A stretch of 64,000 bases of DNA from Antedon mediterranea (lineage: Eukaryota; Animalia; Echinodermata): assembly GCF_964355755.1 (NCBI RefSeq), contig NC_092674.1:20646001-20710000 (forward strand). The letters run 5' to 3'. The notes under the pieces are model-generated. The model made no database searches. It worked only from the letters and a program-made list of their open reading frames with translations, and was not told the origin of the DNA. Each line of letters starts with the position of its first letter. The stretch's first letter is position 1. Shown one piece after another: positions 39,301-52,632 of this stretch. A program made the position numbers and the translations under genes.

Positions 39301-42300
39301 CAGCAAAATAAGCGACGTTTGCCAAAAGGTACAGGCAAATAACCATGATACTAGAAATAAATATTGCTCGAGGAAAATCTCTGTATGAAAATATAAAAAA
39401 AAAATACAATTGTTAAAAAAAAACAATATAACTGAATACCCAACTATAAAATGGTTTGCAGGTGTGCTAAATCAATTTGTAAAATAATTGTCATGGTGAC
39501 GGTAACCAATGACGTAAAACAAATTAATAAATATTATTATTTAGAAAAATTAAAGTAAAGTAAATGTCAGAGTAGACAAATTGTCGATAATTGTCGTAAT
39601 TAATTAATTAATTAATTATGCATATCAATGTTTAATTAAAATAAAATGTATTGTTTGAAGGTTTGCATAGCGAAATCAAATGTTGATATAAAGTTTGCGG
39701 TACACCACGTGTCCTCAGGAATGAGAATGCAGAAAGTCCAAGAAACTGTGAATATAAGTGGAATAGGCAGGGACTGGTGTGAAAGCTAACCACAATAGCA
39801 AGTGAAATTAATATTTAGTTCCAAATTGCATTATTAAATCATTATATTATTATTTATGGTTATCACATTTTTTTCTACCATCAATTTAGGATTATGCCAT
39901 ATTAGGAACCAATATACACTCTTTAAAACATTCATCCTAAATGCCTAACTATTTTCGTCATTTTTTGGAGAATCATTATTTTATGTGTTATTATTATTGT
40001 TCCGATAGCTTCTCCTGGATAAACTTACTGTTTTCCAATTTTATTTGGTGAATACAAACATATACAATACATATTTAAATTATGACGTTAAAGTATAATG
40101 TGAGTGAGTGGCCGAGCGGTTAAGACAGTGGAACCGTAATTACGTAGCCATAACATCGGCAGGGGTTCGAGGCTCACTCACGCCATGAGAACGAGTCTTC
40201 TCGGATAAGGACTATAAACAGTAGGTCCAGTCTACACATCTAGCTCCTGTGCACTTTAAAGAACCTAGTACATCTTTCGAGACGAGTAGGGGGTTACCCC
40301 GGTGTATTAGTACATCACAGCCACTGATCACCAACTGGACCCTCTGGGAGACCAGTCTTTGACTGAAGAGGTTACCCAGTATAAATATAAATTTCAATTT
40401 CAATGTTATTCTTATACTGTATTATATATTGCAAACAATTATTGTGACATCTTTCTGTAAGTTTTTTCCACCGTTCCCGGAAATATAGTATTACTTAGAC
40501 ACTTATGGCAATAGGGCTATTTTTCTCTGAGAATCCCTGTTGTGCTTACTTAGAATTGGAACATTATTGCTATATAACTTATATTTGCTTATGACTTTTA
40601 TGTGCAGTTTTACATGGGTGAATGTTCATTTACTAATTAAACTATGTAAGTCAGAACTTATGTTGTATGCGTCTTTATTTATTATTCTATGAGTTTGTTC
40701 ATTGCCGCAGTTTCCGAGTAGCAAAATAGTATCGTTAGATAACATCATTGATTTAAACCATCCACTTTTGATCGAAGTTAATATGTAACGTACCTTATGT
40801 CATGTAATTACCTACGTTGCATGGAAATAGGCCTATAGCATGTTTGGTTATTAATTATTAATTACCATCGAACGATTTAACAATTACTGTGGATATGAAG
40901 ATGGAATGGTATGTAAATCCAACCATTCACTTTTGATCGTATTTAATCTGTAATATTGGGCGCAAACAAAATTGAACTTGGAACATGCGTGAATTGTGTT
41001 TGTTGTTGATTGGGCATTAAATTGTTGTCGTGTAAGATAATCATAAAATACGATAATCATGTAGGGCATATAGGGCATATGAGAGTAAAAATAAAAAAAT
41101 AATAGAAGAAGGTGTATGTCATTTTTTTTTTGCATAGACAACTAATATTAAAAACTGCGGTATTGAGTCTAATGATACCGGTACAGCATGTTTTGTCGAT
41201 AATCACGAAACCGTACGTGGTTATCAAGTGGATCGAATCTATATTCAAAGATTTATAACAATAAGTTTAAAAAATAATAATAATATATAATCACCTTTTG
41301 GGATTCTTAAATTCTTCAGTCATAGACATCACTGTATCTCTAATTAAAGAAAAACAATTTATTCAGATATAAATATTTAATCTATGTATCATTAAAAAAA
41401 ATCACATTTTTTCTATTGGTCATTGTAAAATTTTATTATTAACAATTTATTATAATCTCTCTCTCGCTGATCTATCTCTCTCTCTCGCTGATCTATCTCT
41501 AGCTCTCTCTCGCTGATCTATCTCTAGCTCTCTCTCGCTGATTTATCTCTCTCTCTCTCGCTGATCTATCTCTAGCTCTCTCTCGCTGATCTATCTCTAG
41601 CTCTCTCTCGCTGATCTATCTCTCTCTCTCTCTCGCTGATCTATCTCTCTCTCTCTCGCTGATCTATCTCTCTCTCTCTCTCGCTGATCTATCTCTAGCT
41701 CTCTCTCGCTGATCTATCTCTAGCTCTCTCTCGCTGATCTATCTCTCTCTCTCTCGCTGATCTATCTCTCTCTCTCTCTCGCTGATCTATCTCTCTCTCT
41801 CTCGCTGATCTATCTCTAGCTCTCTCTCGCTGATCTATCTCTAGCTCTCTCTCGCTGATCTATCTCTCTCTGTCGCTGATCTATCTCTCTCTCTCGCTGA
41901 TCTATCTCTCTCTGTCGCTGATCTATCTCTCTCTCTCGCTGATCTATCTCTCTCTCTCGCTGATCTATCTCTCTCTGTCGCACCTTGTTATATTTTGGAA
42001 GTACCTTACGTGATGGATGAAATCATTTGAATTAAATGTATTTTGCAACAGTTTCATACATTATTTACAATTCTGCCTTTATAACACGTTAGGATACGAA
42101 ATAATACTTCCTCCTGCACTATCACTTTATGGCAATGTTACTGCCAAAACGACCAACTTCCGTCGGAAGCTAGGCCACAATTAGCCTATTGGTTATTATC
42201 GAAGGAATTGTGCTTTGTACTTTGAATATAAAAGTTGGCCATGCTGCTGCGCTTCTTATTCGGGATGCATATTAACATTTTAATAGTATAACAACAGATA

Positions 42301-44638
42301 TTCCCTAGATATAAATCGTTACACCGTCAAGATAAAGATGTGTGTACCACGCACGAATCAGATTCATTGCGCTTTGGTATTACCACTAAAAACTGTAATG
42401 TTAATCTTACCCTCCGGAATACGACCAACTTGCGGCGTAGTATGCCAGGCCAAGATTAGCCCACTTGATATTATCAAACGAATTCTCAAAGCTTACAACC
42501 TGGTCACCTGTAAGAACATTGTTATTGATAAACTAATTAAAATTTGATAATACGCAATACATGGGGAACGTTTAACTAAAAACTAAAAAAAACAGCTTGT
42601 AACAGATAAGAGTAACATATCCATAATGAATAAGTGGAATGGATAGAAGTCAAAGACTATTGGCATTTGCTTAGTGTTCTTAGGGTGTAGTGAGAATTGT
42701 TTTCCTATGCTTGATACACTAATCTGCACGTATTGTCTGTTGTCTCAGTTTGCTGGTACTCAATTTTAGGGAAATTTAATAAGGCACAATGCAAAACAAG
42801 TATATTTCTACTTGATTGTGTATAATCCTGTAAAAATATGTTGTTAAATAAATAAATAAATAAATAAAATAAATGTGTATTATAATTTGTATATCAATAT
42901 GTCTACCACACTATATAGTTTCAAATTAAATCAGGAAACACTTTAGTATTTATATCAATACTTATCTAGATAAAAATATTAATTTGGCTGAATTGATTCT
43001 TAATAGGTAATAATATGGAGTGTATCATACATACAGTATTAATCGGAAAAAGTAATATTATTATCATTGCTTTTCCTTATTGAATTCATGTTTTAAACAA
43101 AATACTATAAAACAATACTGATATGGTTTTGTTTCTTTTGTTTCAACAAAAATATATACTTTACTCCCCTATAAAATCTAAATGAATTCAAAGACATGAG
43201 CTCTAATCTCTGGAATTAAAAGGTACTGTGACCTCATTAATAAATTCTTTCCCATCATAAATTTATCCATTAAAAATAATATTTTTTTTATTTGATTATT
43301 AATTGTATGGAAATAGCATTTTTACTGCCCTTTTTGTAGCATATTCCTTGGTAACATGTGCGATTTGTCACACAACTTGTGTCGTTATTAATTGAGTGAA
43401 TTCGTTTTATTTAGTTTTAAAATATTAACCAGGCCTTGACAATCGTGGTGAATTGAATGACTTTAATCTTACCCTTTGTGAATAGAAAAATCAGGCCAGC
43501 AATTATGACGATTGCAAGTGCTAATATTTTGCATGCCATTAATACGTTGACAACACTCTTAGCAACTCGAACACTTACAGCGTTGATGTATCCACACATA
43601 GCTGCGAAATGAAAAAAAAAAGTAATTTTTACAAAATTTCAATCGCACTTAAATTGATAAACTCAGCATCCTTTCATGATGGAGTACTTTATTTAGTAGG
43701 CTACACGCAACTAAGAAAACAAAATGATAATGACTACAAATTATATTCACATAATTAATTTAAAAGAATCCACTGTCTTCATCGTATTGATAAAATTTCC
43801 ACACACATTTTCACATCGTAGTTTATTTATCAGTGGTTAAATATGGTTGAAATTGTCAAAATCCCAATACACATATTATATTTTGCCGCCTACAGCATTA
43901 TATCTTTCAGTAAAAATTTGCGCGTTCCATGTTTAATCTGAAAGTAGGGGATTGAGCAGTTATACTACGTACTAATTACACTAGGTCTCAAAGTAGAGTG
44001 TTCAGTTCTTTTCTACGCCGCCTTATCCTCCCTGTAATTGTTTAACTAGATACTAATTTACAATTTACAATTGAGTGGACTGAATATTTGCTATTGTCGG
44101 GAACTGTATGATATCCAACCACTCGGTTATTAGACTCTAATACCATAACTTTACAGTAGACATAAACAAAACTACTAATAAACACACGTCAGGCCTACTT
44201 ACTAATCAAAAGAATTGATATTATCTTGATTCCAACTGGCGATACATTACAATGATGCAAAAATGGCAACCGAGATACGTATTCTGCAAACAGGGTCACC
44301 TTAACAGCAACGCCTGCTGGATACAATACACACAGTGACAGCCATTGGAAGACAAATCCAGTAAAGTTTCCATAGATGTTCTTAAGATATAGATATTCTC
44401 CACCAAATTTAGGCATCGCCAATGCAAGCTCAACCCAGCACAGGCTAGTGAAAAGAGCTGTAATTCCACAAATTATCCATACACAAAATGATAATCCAAC
44501 TGAGCCAGTATTTTCAAATACACCTTTAGGCGACAGAAAAATACCAGAGCCAATAATCTTTCCTATAGTTAATGATATGGCGTTTGATAGGGTAAGTTGC
44601 GGTACAATTCTATGCCTAATTCTTCTCTTTCCTACCAT
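36397..44638 (-). CDS. SLC7/LAT-family amino acid transporter light chain, copy D (more divergent), complete, ~471 aa
   Basis: Exons 44203-44638, 43473-43601, 42411-42507, 41295-41339, 39257-39380, 38364-38461, 37918-38014, 37195-37344, 36797-36974, 36397-36458. Total 1416 nt with TAG at 36397-99. Exon 47091-47523 is an alternative candidate first exon. Confidence 0.88.
40101..40403 (+). mobile_element. tRNA-derived SINE with Deu/Nin-like central domain
   Basis: A-box TGGCCGAGCGG and B-box GGTTCGAGGC. Body ctcggataaggactataaac..aggtcc..gcactttaaagaacc..gagtaggggg..ccccggtgt resembles the Deu/Nin SINE domain from memory. Short (TTTCAA) tail. Confidence 0.72.
41456..41981. repeat. Compound minisatellite (CT)n-CGCTGATCTAT, ~22-26 bp units
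   Basis: About 20 tandem units with variable CT tracts and ctag variants. Confidence 0.95.
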
Positions 44639-47090
44639 ACTTTCCGATGCTAACAAAACGTATGCACTGGCCAAAAATTAAACCCCACATGTATCCAGAT
44701 TTGATTAATTTTGATTTATGCGGATTTTTTTTTTATCACTATCAATCAATTTTTTATTTGCATTATTTTACGGTTGGTCAGCTTTCTTCATGACCACGTG
44801 GTAGGGCATAGAGTAAAATAATAATTTATTGAGTTGCCTAAAACAAAGAATATCATCAAAATGCATTTAACGAATGCCATTAGTAAAATGTTTTATGAGG
44901 TTGTAGGTAAACGATAACCAACCCCGAGCCTCTTTACCTTCATACGAATTTTCAAAACGAAAGTTATCATTATTTTCTAGCCAATTCTCTTAGCTTACAG
45001 TGACGTCTAGAGTTTAAGAGGAGGGCACCACAAACCTATTCTTATTCTTTGAATAGTATAACATAGCAAGTGGTCCAGTGCGGCACGCGTGCACTGGTTC
45101 CCACATTTCTTAGCGCAACGCAGTATTAGCAGAAAAAAACTTCTGATTTGCTCGAAAAAACTTGTCAAGTAAATTAATGAAGATTAAGTATAGTTCTTAT
45201 CTAACAATATTGTCATCAGTATTACTAACCCCAAAATATTCTGATCATGGTTAAAAAAACCAGAGAATTATAATTCAGTTTCTACGATTACCAATTATAT
45301 TAAGGTTGCGGCGTAAAAATCTACAAGCCAAAGAAAGCTAGCACGTTGAAAAATGTCTAATTTCACAGATCACGGGTCATCGAATAATATATATTTTATA
45401 TTATATTTTTAATAAATTTTCTACAAGTTTCATGACATTTTGAGCATTAAAAAAATGCGCACGGCGCGTAAATAGCGTAGAAAGGTAATTTTTGCAATTA
45501 CTTGTTCTGTTTACCTTCTGTGATAAATTACATTCATTTTATGAACTTAAGTGCAAAATAACGACTCACGTGCAAATTAAACTTTAAAATGGCTAATTTA
45601 ATGCAAATTTATGAAAGTGTGCCTCAAGAGTGACCAACAATTATTTTACTCATTATGAATTATAGATACTATAATGGTACGCTCGCTCACCATCTAGGTC
45701 GTGTCCACAGATGGTTCTCGAATACACAGTAATATCAGCGTAAAAAAACTGGCGATTTCAATTGTACGACTATAAATAAATTTTCGTTTTCAGAAACGAA
45801 TAAATAGACACGATGATTAATGTGTAAAATTAGCACACTGGGATTTAGGCCTACTTCCGAAGGAGAAACTTGTCTTAAAATGAGTCCAAAAAACTAAAAC
45901 TGTCCCTGTTATAGTCGATTGAAATAGTAAAGTACATGTAACGATACACCACTACGACGTTTATATTTTTTTATAATTACTACTTAATACAATAAAAAGT
46001 AATCACATTCACAGTAAGAAAATTTCGATTCAAATGGTGACCAAAAATGGTTATTACGTACAGCATTTACAATATTGTCAAAGTATTGCAATGCTATATC
46101 TCAGTTTTAAGTTTATTTAAGGGCCCATAAATTTACCTACTTGTGTTAAACCATGGAGGGCTCATAAATTTACCTAAGAACTGGGAGTCTGAGAGATTGG
46201 AATGTTCCATTCATCGCAAATCAATACATTTGTATAAACGTATATTAAATCTATCAAAAAAGTATTTTTTTAAGAAAATCGGCCTGTCTTCAACATTATG
46301 ATACGGTACTCGAGCTGTTCAACCGGTTTTCAGCTATTAAAAACAATTATCGTAGGAGGAGATAGGAAAATGCGAAGCATCCTTGTATTATTGTGTTCAG
46401 GTATTTTTTTAAGAGGACATTCATTAGACAGTGTATACTACGGTCGGAAAACACCCCTATTTGGGGCAAATCGTTCAACCTAAATTCGTTTTAATTGTCA
46501 ATAACTAATTATCTAACTCAATTTAATTAGTAAACAGGGTTACATCTGGTGGTTTAAATCGGTACCGATATTTTAAACAACTTTATATACCATCGAGTAA
46601 ACATTCTAGAAATAACGCGCGATTTACCGAATTTTGCCCTTACGTAAATTTATATATAGATGAATTCATGGGTTATGACGTCATCGTATGGCCTCTCTTT
46701 AAAAATAGGGAATTTTCCATTCTATGCTAGTTAATTGAATTTGATAGAGCGCATCTCACTTATTTGAACATCAATTTTCTCATATTTTAATATTTATTTG
46801 TTGCTCAAACAATTATCTTTCGTAGGAGTTACAACTTGTATGTGCACATTTCTTATGTTTGTGCACGTGGCATTTGTGTGAAACACTATCTCGTCAAATC
46901 TAGTTACCATTATTATCATTATAAAAGAATGAAACTTTAATTAAAACGTTTTAAAAGTAATCAACACACATTGACCATTGGAATAAATTTCATGAATACA
47001 ATTAATAAACGTTCCTCTTTGTAATTTGATTTTATTACTTTTTTAAAACTTTTATTTTAGTATAATTTGACAACCAAAATAAATACTTAC

Positions 47091-47523
47091 ACAGCATAAT
47101 AAGTGCTATAATATTGAGACACATTTTTGGTATTTCACACTGGTGAAAAAATGGCGTCAACACATATTCGGAAAACGTGAGAGAACTAATCGCAACGGCT
47201 GCCGGGTACATTACACACAGTGACAACCACTGGAAGACGAATCCTGGAAAGTTGCCATAGATGTTCCGGAGATATAGATATTCTCCGCCAAATTTAGGCA
47301 TCGCCAATGCGAGCTCAACCCAGCACAGGCTAGTGAAAAGAGCTGTAATTCCACAAACAATCCACACAAAAAATGAAAGTCCAACAGAACCGACATTTTC
47401 AAAAACACCTTTAGGAGAAATAAATATACCAGAGCCTATGATGACGCCTGTCGTTAATGATACAGCGTTTAACAGGCTCATTTGCGGTACAATTCGATGG
47501 GCTTCCGACACTTTACTTGTCAT
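47091..47523 (-). CDS. Orphan intact SLC7/LAT first coding exon (copy E); candidate alternative first exon for copy D
   Basis: ATG at 47523, 433 nt, open frame, IIGSGIFISPKGV, PFFHQC, phase-1 GTAAG donor at 47090-86. No exons 2-10 were seen between it and 44638. Confidence 0.8.
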
Positions 47524-48257
47524 TATTGCTTTGTAGTTCGCGTGTAACTTTTGTTAATAACTTTCAAACGTTGAAACTGCCAGTATATATTATCCAATTC
47601 TAGGTTGAGTCATTCTGACTTGCTATATTTGCGTCGACGTTTTTTTTTAATTTGTCTTCTATAGTAATTCTATTTAAAAGTGTTGACTCTCTCTTCTGCG
47701 CTGTACTATTACAACTACAGTAGGTAACTGAACCATGTTGAATTTCTCACTTGGTTGGTTGTTTGGCATGTGTGTGTGTTGGCTTATAATAATTACAATT
47801 TAAATAACACAGGTGATCATATAATCTTACCTGGTCTAGTCCATTGATGGATACAATTATGTATTATCTCAATAATCCTCTTATTGTTCAAAATTGTTAA
47901 GTTATCTGATGAAAAAGAATTAAAGTCAATAACAAAATGAATGGATCAATTTCGATGTTTTCGATTAATATATTTCTTTTTTTATTGAGAGAGGGGGGGG
48001 GGGGGCAGTCATCACCCGTAAAGGCAAAAATTGCCATCCAACTTTTCTATACCAGAATGTTCCGTAGATTACGAATCTGGAAGGAACTCGCAGGAGATTG
48101 AGATATAAGAGGTAAAAGTTCAAAATTGTTTTCTACTCTTATTCAGTCTCCACCCACTATTCAACACGCTATTTCTATTGTTATATTTCTGTTATTCCTG
48201 TCCACCCAGGCAGCACTTGCCAACTCATATGCTATGACTTTATCCAAATTCCCTCAC

Positions 48258-48299
48258 TTGCACTGATGAAGGGCTAGTGTTGTCCGAAAGCTCTGCTAA
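48258..48299 (+). ncRNA. Minimal type I hammerhead ribozyme motif (Penelope-like-element style)
   Basis: ttGCA-CTGATGA-a-GGGC-tagtgtt-GTCC-GAAA-GC-TC-TGCtaa: both core boxes, stem II, palindromic AGCT stem III and stem I. Confidence 0.72.
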
Positions 48300-48973
48300 C
48301 TTTTCTGGCTGTTTACTTTATCGTTTTGATTTAGCTTTTCCTTTTTTTTTGTATCTCCATTGAGATCCGGCCACTGATACCCACAGCATTGTAATTTTTT
48401 CAGTAATTTGCCTTTGGATTTTCATATATATATATATCTATATATAAATTTACGTAAGGGCAAAATTCGGTAAATCGCGCGTTATTTCTAGAATGTTTAC
48501 TCGATGGTATATAAAGTTGGTTAGAATCTCGGTACTGATTTAAACCACCAGATGTAACCCTGTTTACTAATTAAATTTAGTTAGATAATTAGTTATTGAC
48601 AATTAAAACGAATTTAGGTTGAACGATTTGCCCAGAATAGGGGTGTTTTCCGACCGTAGTATACACTGTCTAATGAATGTCCTCTTAAAAAATACCTCCA
48701 CACAATAATACGAGGATGGTTTGTAATAGATGAAAACTGGTTGAACCGGTCGAGCACAGCATCATAATGTTAAATACAGGCCGATTTTCTTTAAAAAAAT
48801 ATACTATTTTGATAGATTTAATAATGCGTTAATAATTAGGTAAATTGTGCGTTACTTCTAGAATGTTTACTCGATGGTATATAAAGTTCGTTCGTATTTT
48901 CCGCTGTTCCGTCGAACCACGCCGAGAATGTTAAACAGTCGCTATCCAATTGAGTTTTAACAATATCATGAAA

Positions 48974-49045
48974 GCCCTAGTGGTCTAATGGTTAGGACAT
49001 CTGTATATCAAGCAGGCGGTCCGAGTTCGAGTCTCCGTTGGGGCG
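48974..49045 (+). tRNA. tRNA-like unit type 2, full 72 nt, apparent anticodon ATC; repeat-borne
   Basis: GCCCTAG/TTGGGGC acceptor, D-stem GTCT/GGAC, TCTGT-ATATCAA-GCAGG, TTCGAGT T-loop, G73, then T5. Confidence 0.5.
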
Positions 49046-49362
49046 ACTTTTTCTCATTCTAATAGATTTCCTCATCTTTATCGTTTCAAATTAATTTAAA
49101 ATGTCAGTGTATCACCGGGCAGTTTAGAATTAATGTTCATTGCCTGATGTGTTTATATATATAAAAAGTATCTCTTCGGGGATCCCGCCTCGTGAATAAA
49201 TTTACTGCAAGATGAGGGCGTATTACATATATATTATTTTAAAAACCATTGCGTATTAAAGTTGGAATTTATTCTGACTTGTTAAGCCTCCACTGATGTG
49301 AGGGCGTTTGCTGTATGAGAGAATGTATCTGGTGTGTGAAAATCTGTGGTAATACCATATAT

Positions 49363-49434
49363 GGCTCTGTGGTCTAGTGGTATGATACTCGCCCTATAAG
49401 CGAGAGGTCGCAGGTTCGAATCCCACCAGAAACA
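49363..49434 (+). pseudogene. tRNA-like unit type 1, loop CCTATAA, extra stem mismatches
   Basis: Homologous to 12603-12674, with a T7 terminator. Confidence 0.6.
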
Positions 49435-50017
49435 TTTTTTTCATACAACTAAAATCACCCAACTTTCGCTGATGAGCTATGCTTGACGCGATTATGAGAT
49501 CATGTTCCGAATATGAGCACTGTTTCAATAATTTGACAGTATGATTTATATGTGTATTTATAATTATGTATGTATGTATCATATAAAAATAAAAATAAAC
49601 TTGATTACTTCATGGTACTTTATTGACCAAGTAACCAAGTTTTATTTTTATTTGTGATACATATCTAGCTCTACCAATGGTATCGAGCACTGTAACAAGA
49701 CGATCAAGCTATCTCTTATGATGAAGGGCTAGTGAACAGTTTCAATTATATAAAAAGAGTAAGCATCAACATTATACTTATTAAATGTATTGGTATTTCA
49801 AAAATAGTATCAAGCAAAAAAGGACGAACATTTAAAACTAATTTGCTTAACAACAATGCCATTTACATGGCTGCAGTCGCGTGCGCATATTTGAGTTAGT
49901 GTTTAGCGACCGACATGTGAGCAAAGCAAAACGTGATACATGTTCAATCAGGTGGTCTTTAATGATGCTTTATAGGACTTTACCCATCACAGACGTTAGG
50001 CTATCAGTTTATTATTT

Positions 50018-50465
50018 TCAGGCCTGGACCGTGAACTCTTCTTGGAAATTGGAGTAGCTTTCAGATATGGATTGGTTATACAGGCAAGCTAGGGGATGAC
50101 ATAATTGGCTTGACAGTTCTTTTAGAATTCTCGGGGATACGCCATCTGGTCCTGCTGCCTTGGTTGGGTCTAGTGCATCAAGCTTTATCTTGACGCATTC
50201 CTTTGTGTTGTTAATATTACAGAGCTTCTCGTTTATTTCTCCTTTAAATTTTGTACTCATCTGTGGTATCTCGCCCTGCTCTTCTCTAAATACTGAAGCA
50301 AAAAAATCATTTAAGGCATTCACGGTTTCTTGACTTTCCGGTAATTGTTCTCCTGTATCCTTTTTTAGTGGTCCTGTAGCATTTTTAATTTTCTGTTTTT
50401 AGCGGATATAGGCGTAAAAAGTTTTCGGGTCTTCTTTAATATTGTCTGCTAATTTCTTTTCTTGT
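50018..50465 (-). mobile_element. CR1-like LINE ORF2 fragment
   Basis: LNDFFASVF...LDPTKAAGPDGVSPRILKELSSQLCHPLACLYNQS, a pre-RT segment typical of CR1-group LINEs. Truncated. Confidence 0.8.
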
Positions 50466-50867
50466 ATTGTATTGTATTCAGAAAGATCTGGGATTTCCAT
50501 AAAATGTCTACATTTTCTGTAAATCATTTGTCATAACAAGATCTATTGTTAATAGGGGCCTTATGATTTGCAACAAACTTAGGCCTTAAACCTAAGCAAA
50601 TTATATTATTGGTTTTCTTCTGGACCTTGAATTCATTAAAATTGTGTAACAGAATCAAGTGAAGAAGCATATATCCCAATGTCCATGTGTGTGCACAAAG
50701 AATTAAAACTGACATAACTAGTTCCTTGCTCACAAATTGAAAATTGCATAATATGGCATATCCAAATAGAACAAATCCAAAGTTTATAATTAATCTTGTG
50801 CTATCAGAATTTCCAACTATATATACAGTATAATACTATTAAATATTCAAGGATCATATCAATTTAA

Positions 50868-51135
50868 TTAATAATAATATGGATTTATAAAGTGCCTAAT
50901 ATTTTAAAAACATCTAAGCGCTGTACATATATTATTACCCCAGTCATTTTTTAATCAAACTTGTATGGAAACATATTCCCATAATGCAGCTAGTAAAACA
51001 GCGCGAAAAGTTGTTTTTTGACCTGACCAGGCACCCATTTGTACACCTGGGTAGGGGAGACAATGAGACGGGCATTGGATTCGAACCTATGATCTCACGA
51101 TTAGTCCAACGTTAAACACACTGCACCACACACCC
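50868..51135 (-). mobile_element. Decayed tRNA-derived SINE with L2-like tail
   Basis: Minus strand: TGGTGCAGTG A-box, GGTTCGAATCC B-box, acccaggtgtacaaatggg core, cagcgcttag...gcactttataaat, (ATT)n. Confidence 0.6.
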
Positions 51136-51718
51136 TAATTACTATTCAAAGTCTACAGTATTTTGATCTATCAAATTTTAGGGTAACGTTGTATTGTGGA
51201 AACCAAGTGACACCGCAATGCTTTCATCCTGGTTATTCTTCAAACTGTTGCGGGAAAAAGTAAAGTAAAGTAAAAGCAGGCCCGTATCCAGGGGGGGTGC
51301 GTTGGGTGCAGACGCACCCGCCCCCCCACCCCCAAGTCCAAAAAGGTCCACTATTTCCTCGGTTGGTATTTTTTCTTGTCTTGTTTAACTAAAGACAATA
51401 TCATTATATATATATACAAAATTTACATTATCAATGGTATACAAACAAAAATATGCTAATATAAAATGAAAAAATACCGGTAATTAAATTAGGGAATCTG
51501 AACTGACTACAAACTCGATGTAAAACATGCGCAGTCGATCATGTGACGACAAGAATAGCTTAGCGCTTCATGTACGCGGTACGCGGTAAAGTGTTTGCTG
51601 GAGAAATACAGACAACTTAACCGGCGGTAAAGACGTGTCTGGAAATACAGACACTATCGAATACGGCGCAACAAGGGAAGGCCAACTCAGACAGCGTCGT
51701 ACGACGCTGTCTGAGTTG

Positions 51719-52632
51719 CAGTGTTGGCGCCAGCGGGGGGGGGGGGGGCTACGGGGCTCTATCCCCCTCGTCGGGGAGCCTATCCCCCCCCACCCCCGTC
51801 GGGGAACACGGGTACTTTTTGTCGGGGAATATAATATACAGTAAAAAACCACGACGTTCCATTGACCGTGAGAGTACGTCAGAGGGCTAATATGCATTTT
51901 TATGCATTCATTATTGCCAGCGATCTAACTTACTACTAAACATTAGCTAGGTACGCACTTGTCTGGCGGTATCCCTTTGTACGAATCGTTCAACGTTGGG
52001 TCGAGACGCGTGATATCAAGTTTCATCCAGGGACCAAAATGTGTAATGTGTTATTTTCCAGGCGAAGTTTACCGACGGTTACGTCGTGTACTGCGTCGAC
52101 GTACGCTACACTACAGCAAAAACGAATTATGTTAATTGTTCGTTTGTTCACCAATTTTTTAATTTACAAGTAACCTTCTGTACCGTGGGGCACCTAAAAT
52201 AAATTTTTCATCCATTACTAAACAAAAAAACATGCCATTTTCGCTTAGCCAACATTATAATAGCTATAGTTATTACATTTTCAATATCCTGTAACTGTAT
52301 GTCATGAATTTCTCACCACTCGGAAGTCCAGATGGTACGCATGCATACACCTGGGAGGAATAAACTTATTTCCCCGACTGAAAAAAGTCTACGCTTGCGT
52401 TTTTTAAGCCTCTAGGCCTGATGTTTCCAAAGTATAAAATGCAATTTTTTGAAGACCTGCAGCTCTAGTTTTAAACATTTTCTTAGCTCAGCCCCAACAA
52501 TAAAGCTGGTCATATTTCGAAGAACAAGAAGTACATTTTCCGGGACCTAACATCTCTATTTTTCAAACATTTCTTAGCTCAGTCACAACCCATGATAGGG
52601 ACTTATATATTTTTTTCATGTTTTGAAGTATA
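51719..52632. mobile_element. Second, truncated and inverted copy of the hAT-type element
   Basis: Starts with TIR CAGTGTTGGCGCCAG. Reverse complement of ~30483-32058 but with one internal unit instead of three. Other end missing. Confidence 0.88.

Larger units (their letters stand above)
48440..49550 (+). mobile_element. Composite (TA)n-flanked repeat carrying two tRNA-like units
   Basis: Left part matches 18340ff and right part matches the palindrome arms at 12-13 kb. Bounded by TA tracts. Confidence 0.7.

Noticed and set aside
41456-41981. CRISPR-like appearance of regularly spaced repeats (also 52670-52756)
   Set aside because: The spacers are low-complexity or very short and not unique, the context is eukaryotic, and there are no cas genes.
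51277-51350. GC-rich CAGGCCCGTATCCAGGGGGGG...CCCCCC segment resembling a transposon end
   Set aside because: No matching second end or TSD found by eye, so it cannot be delimited.
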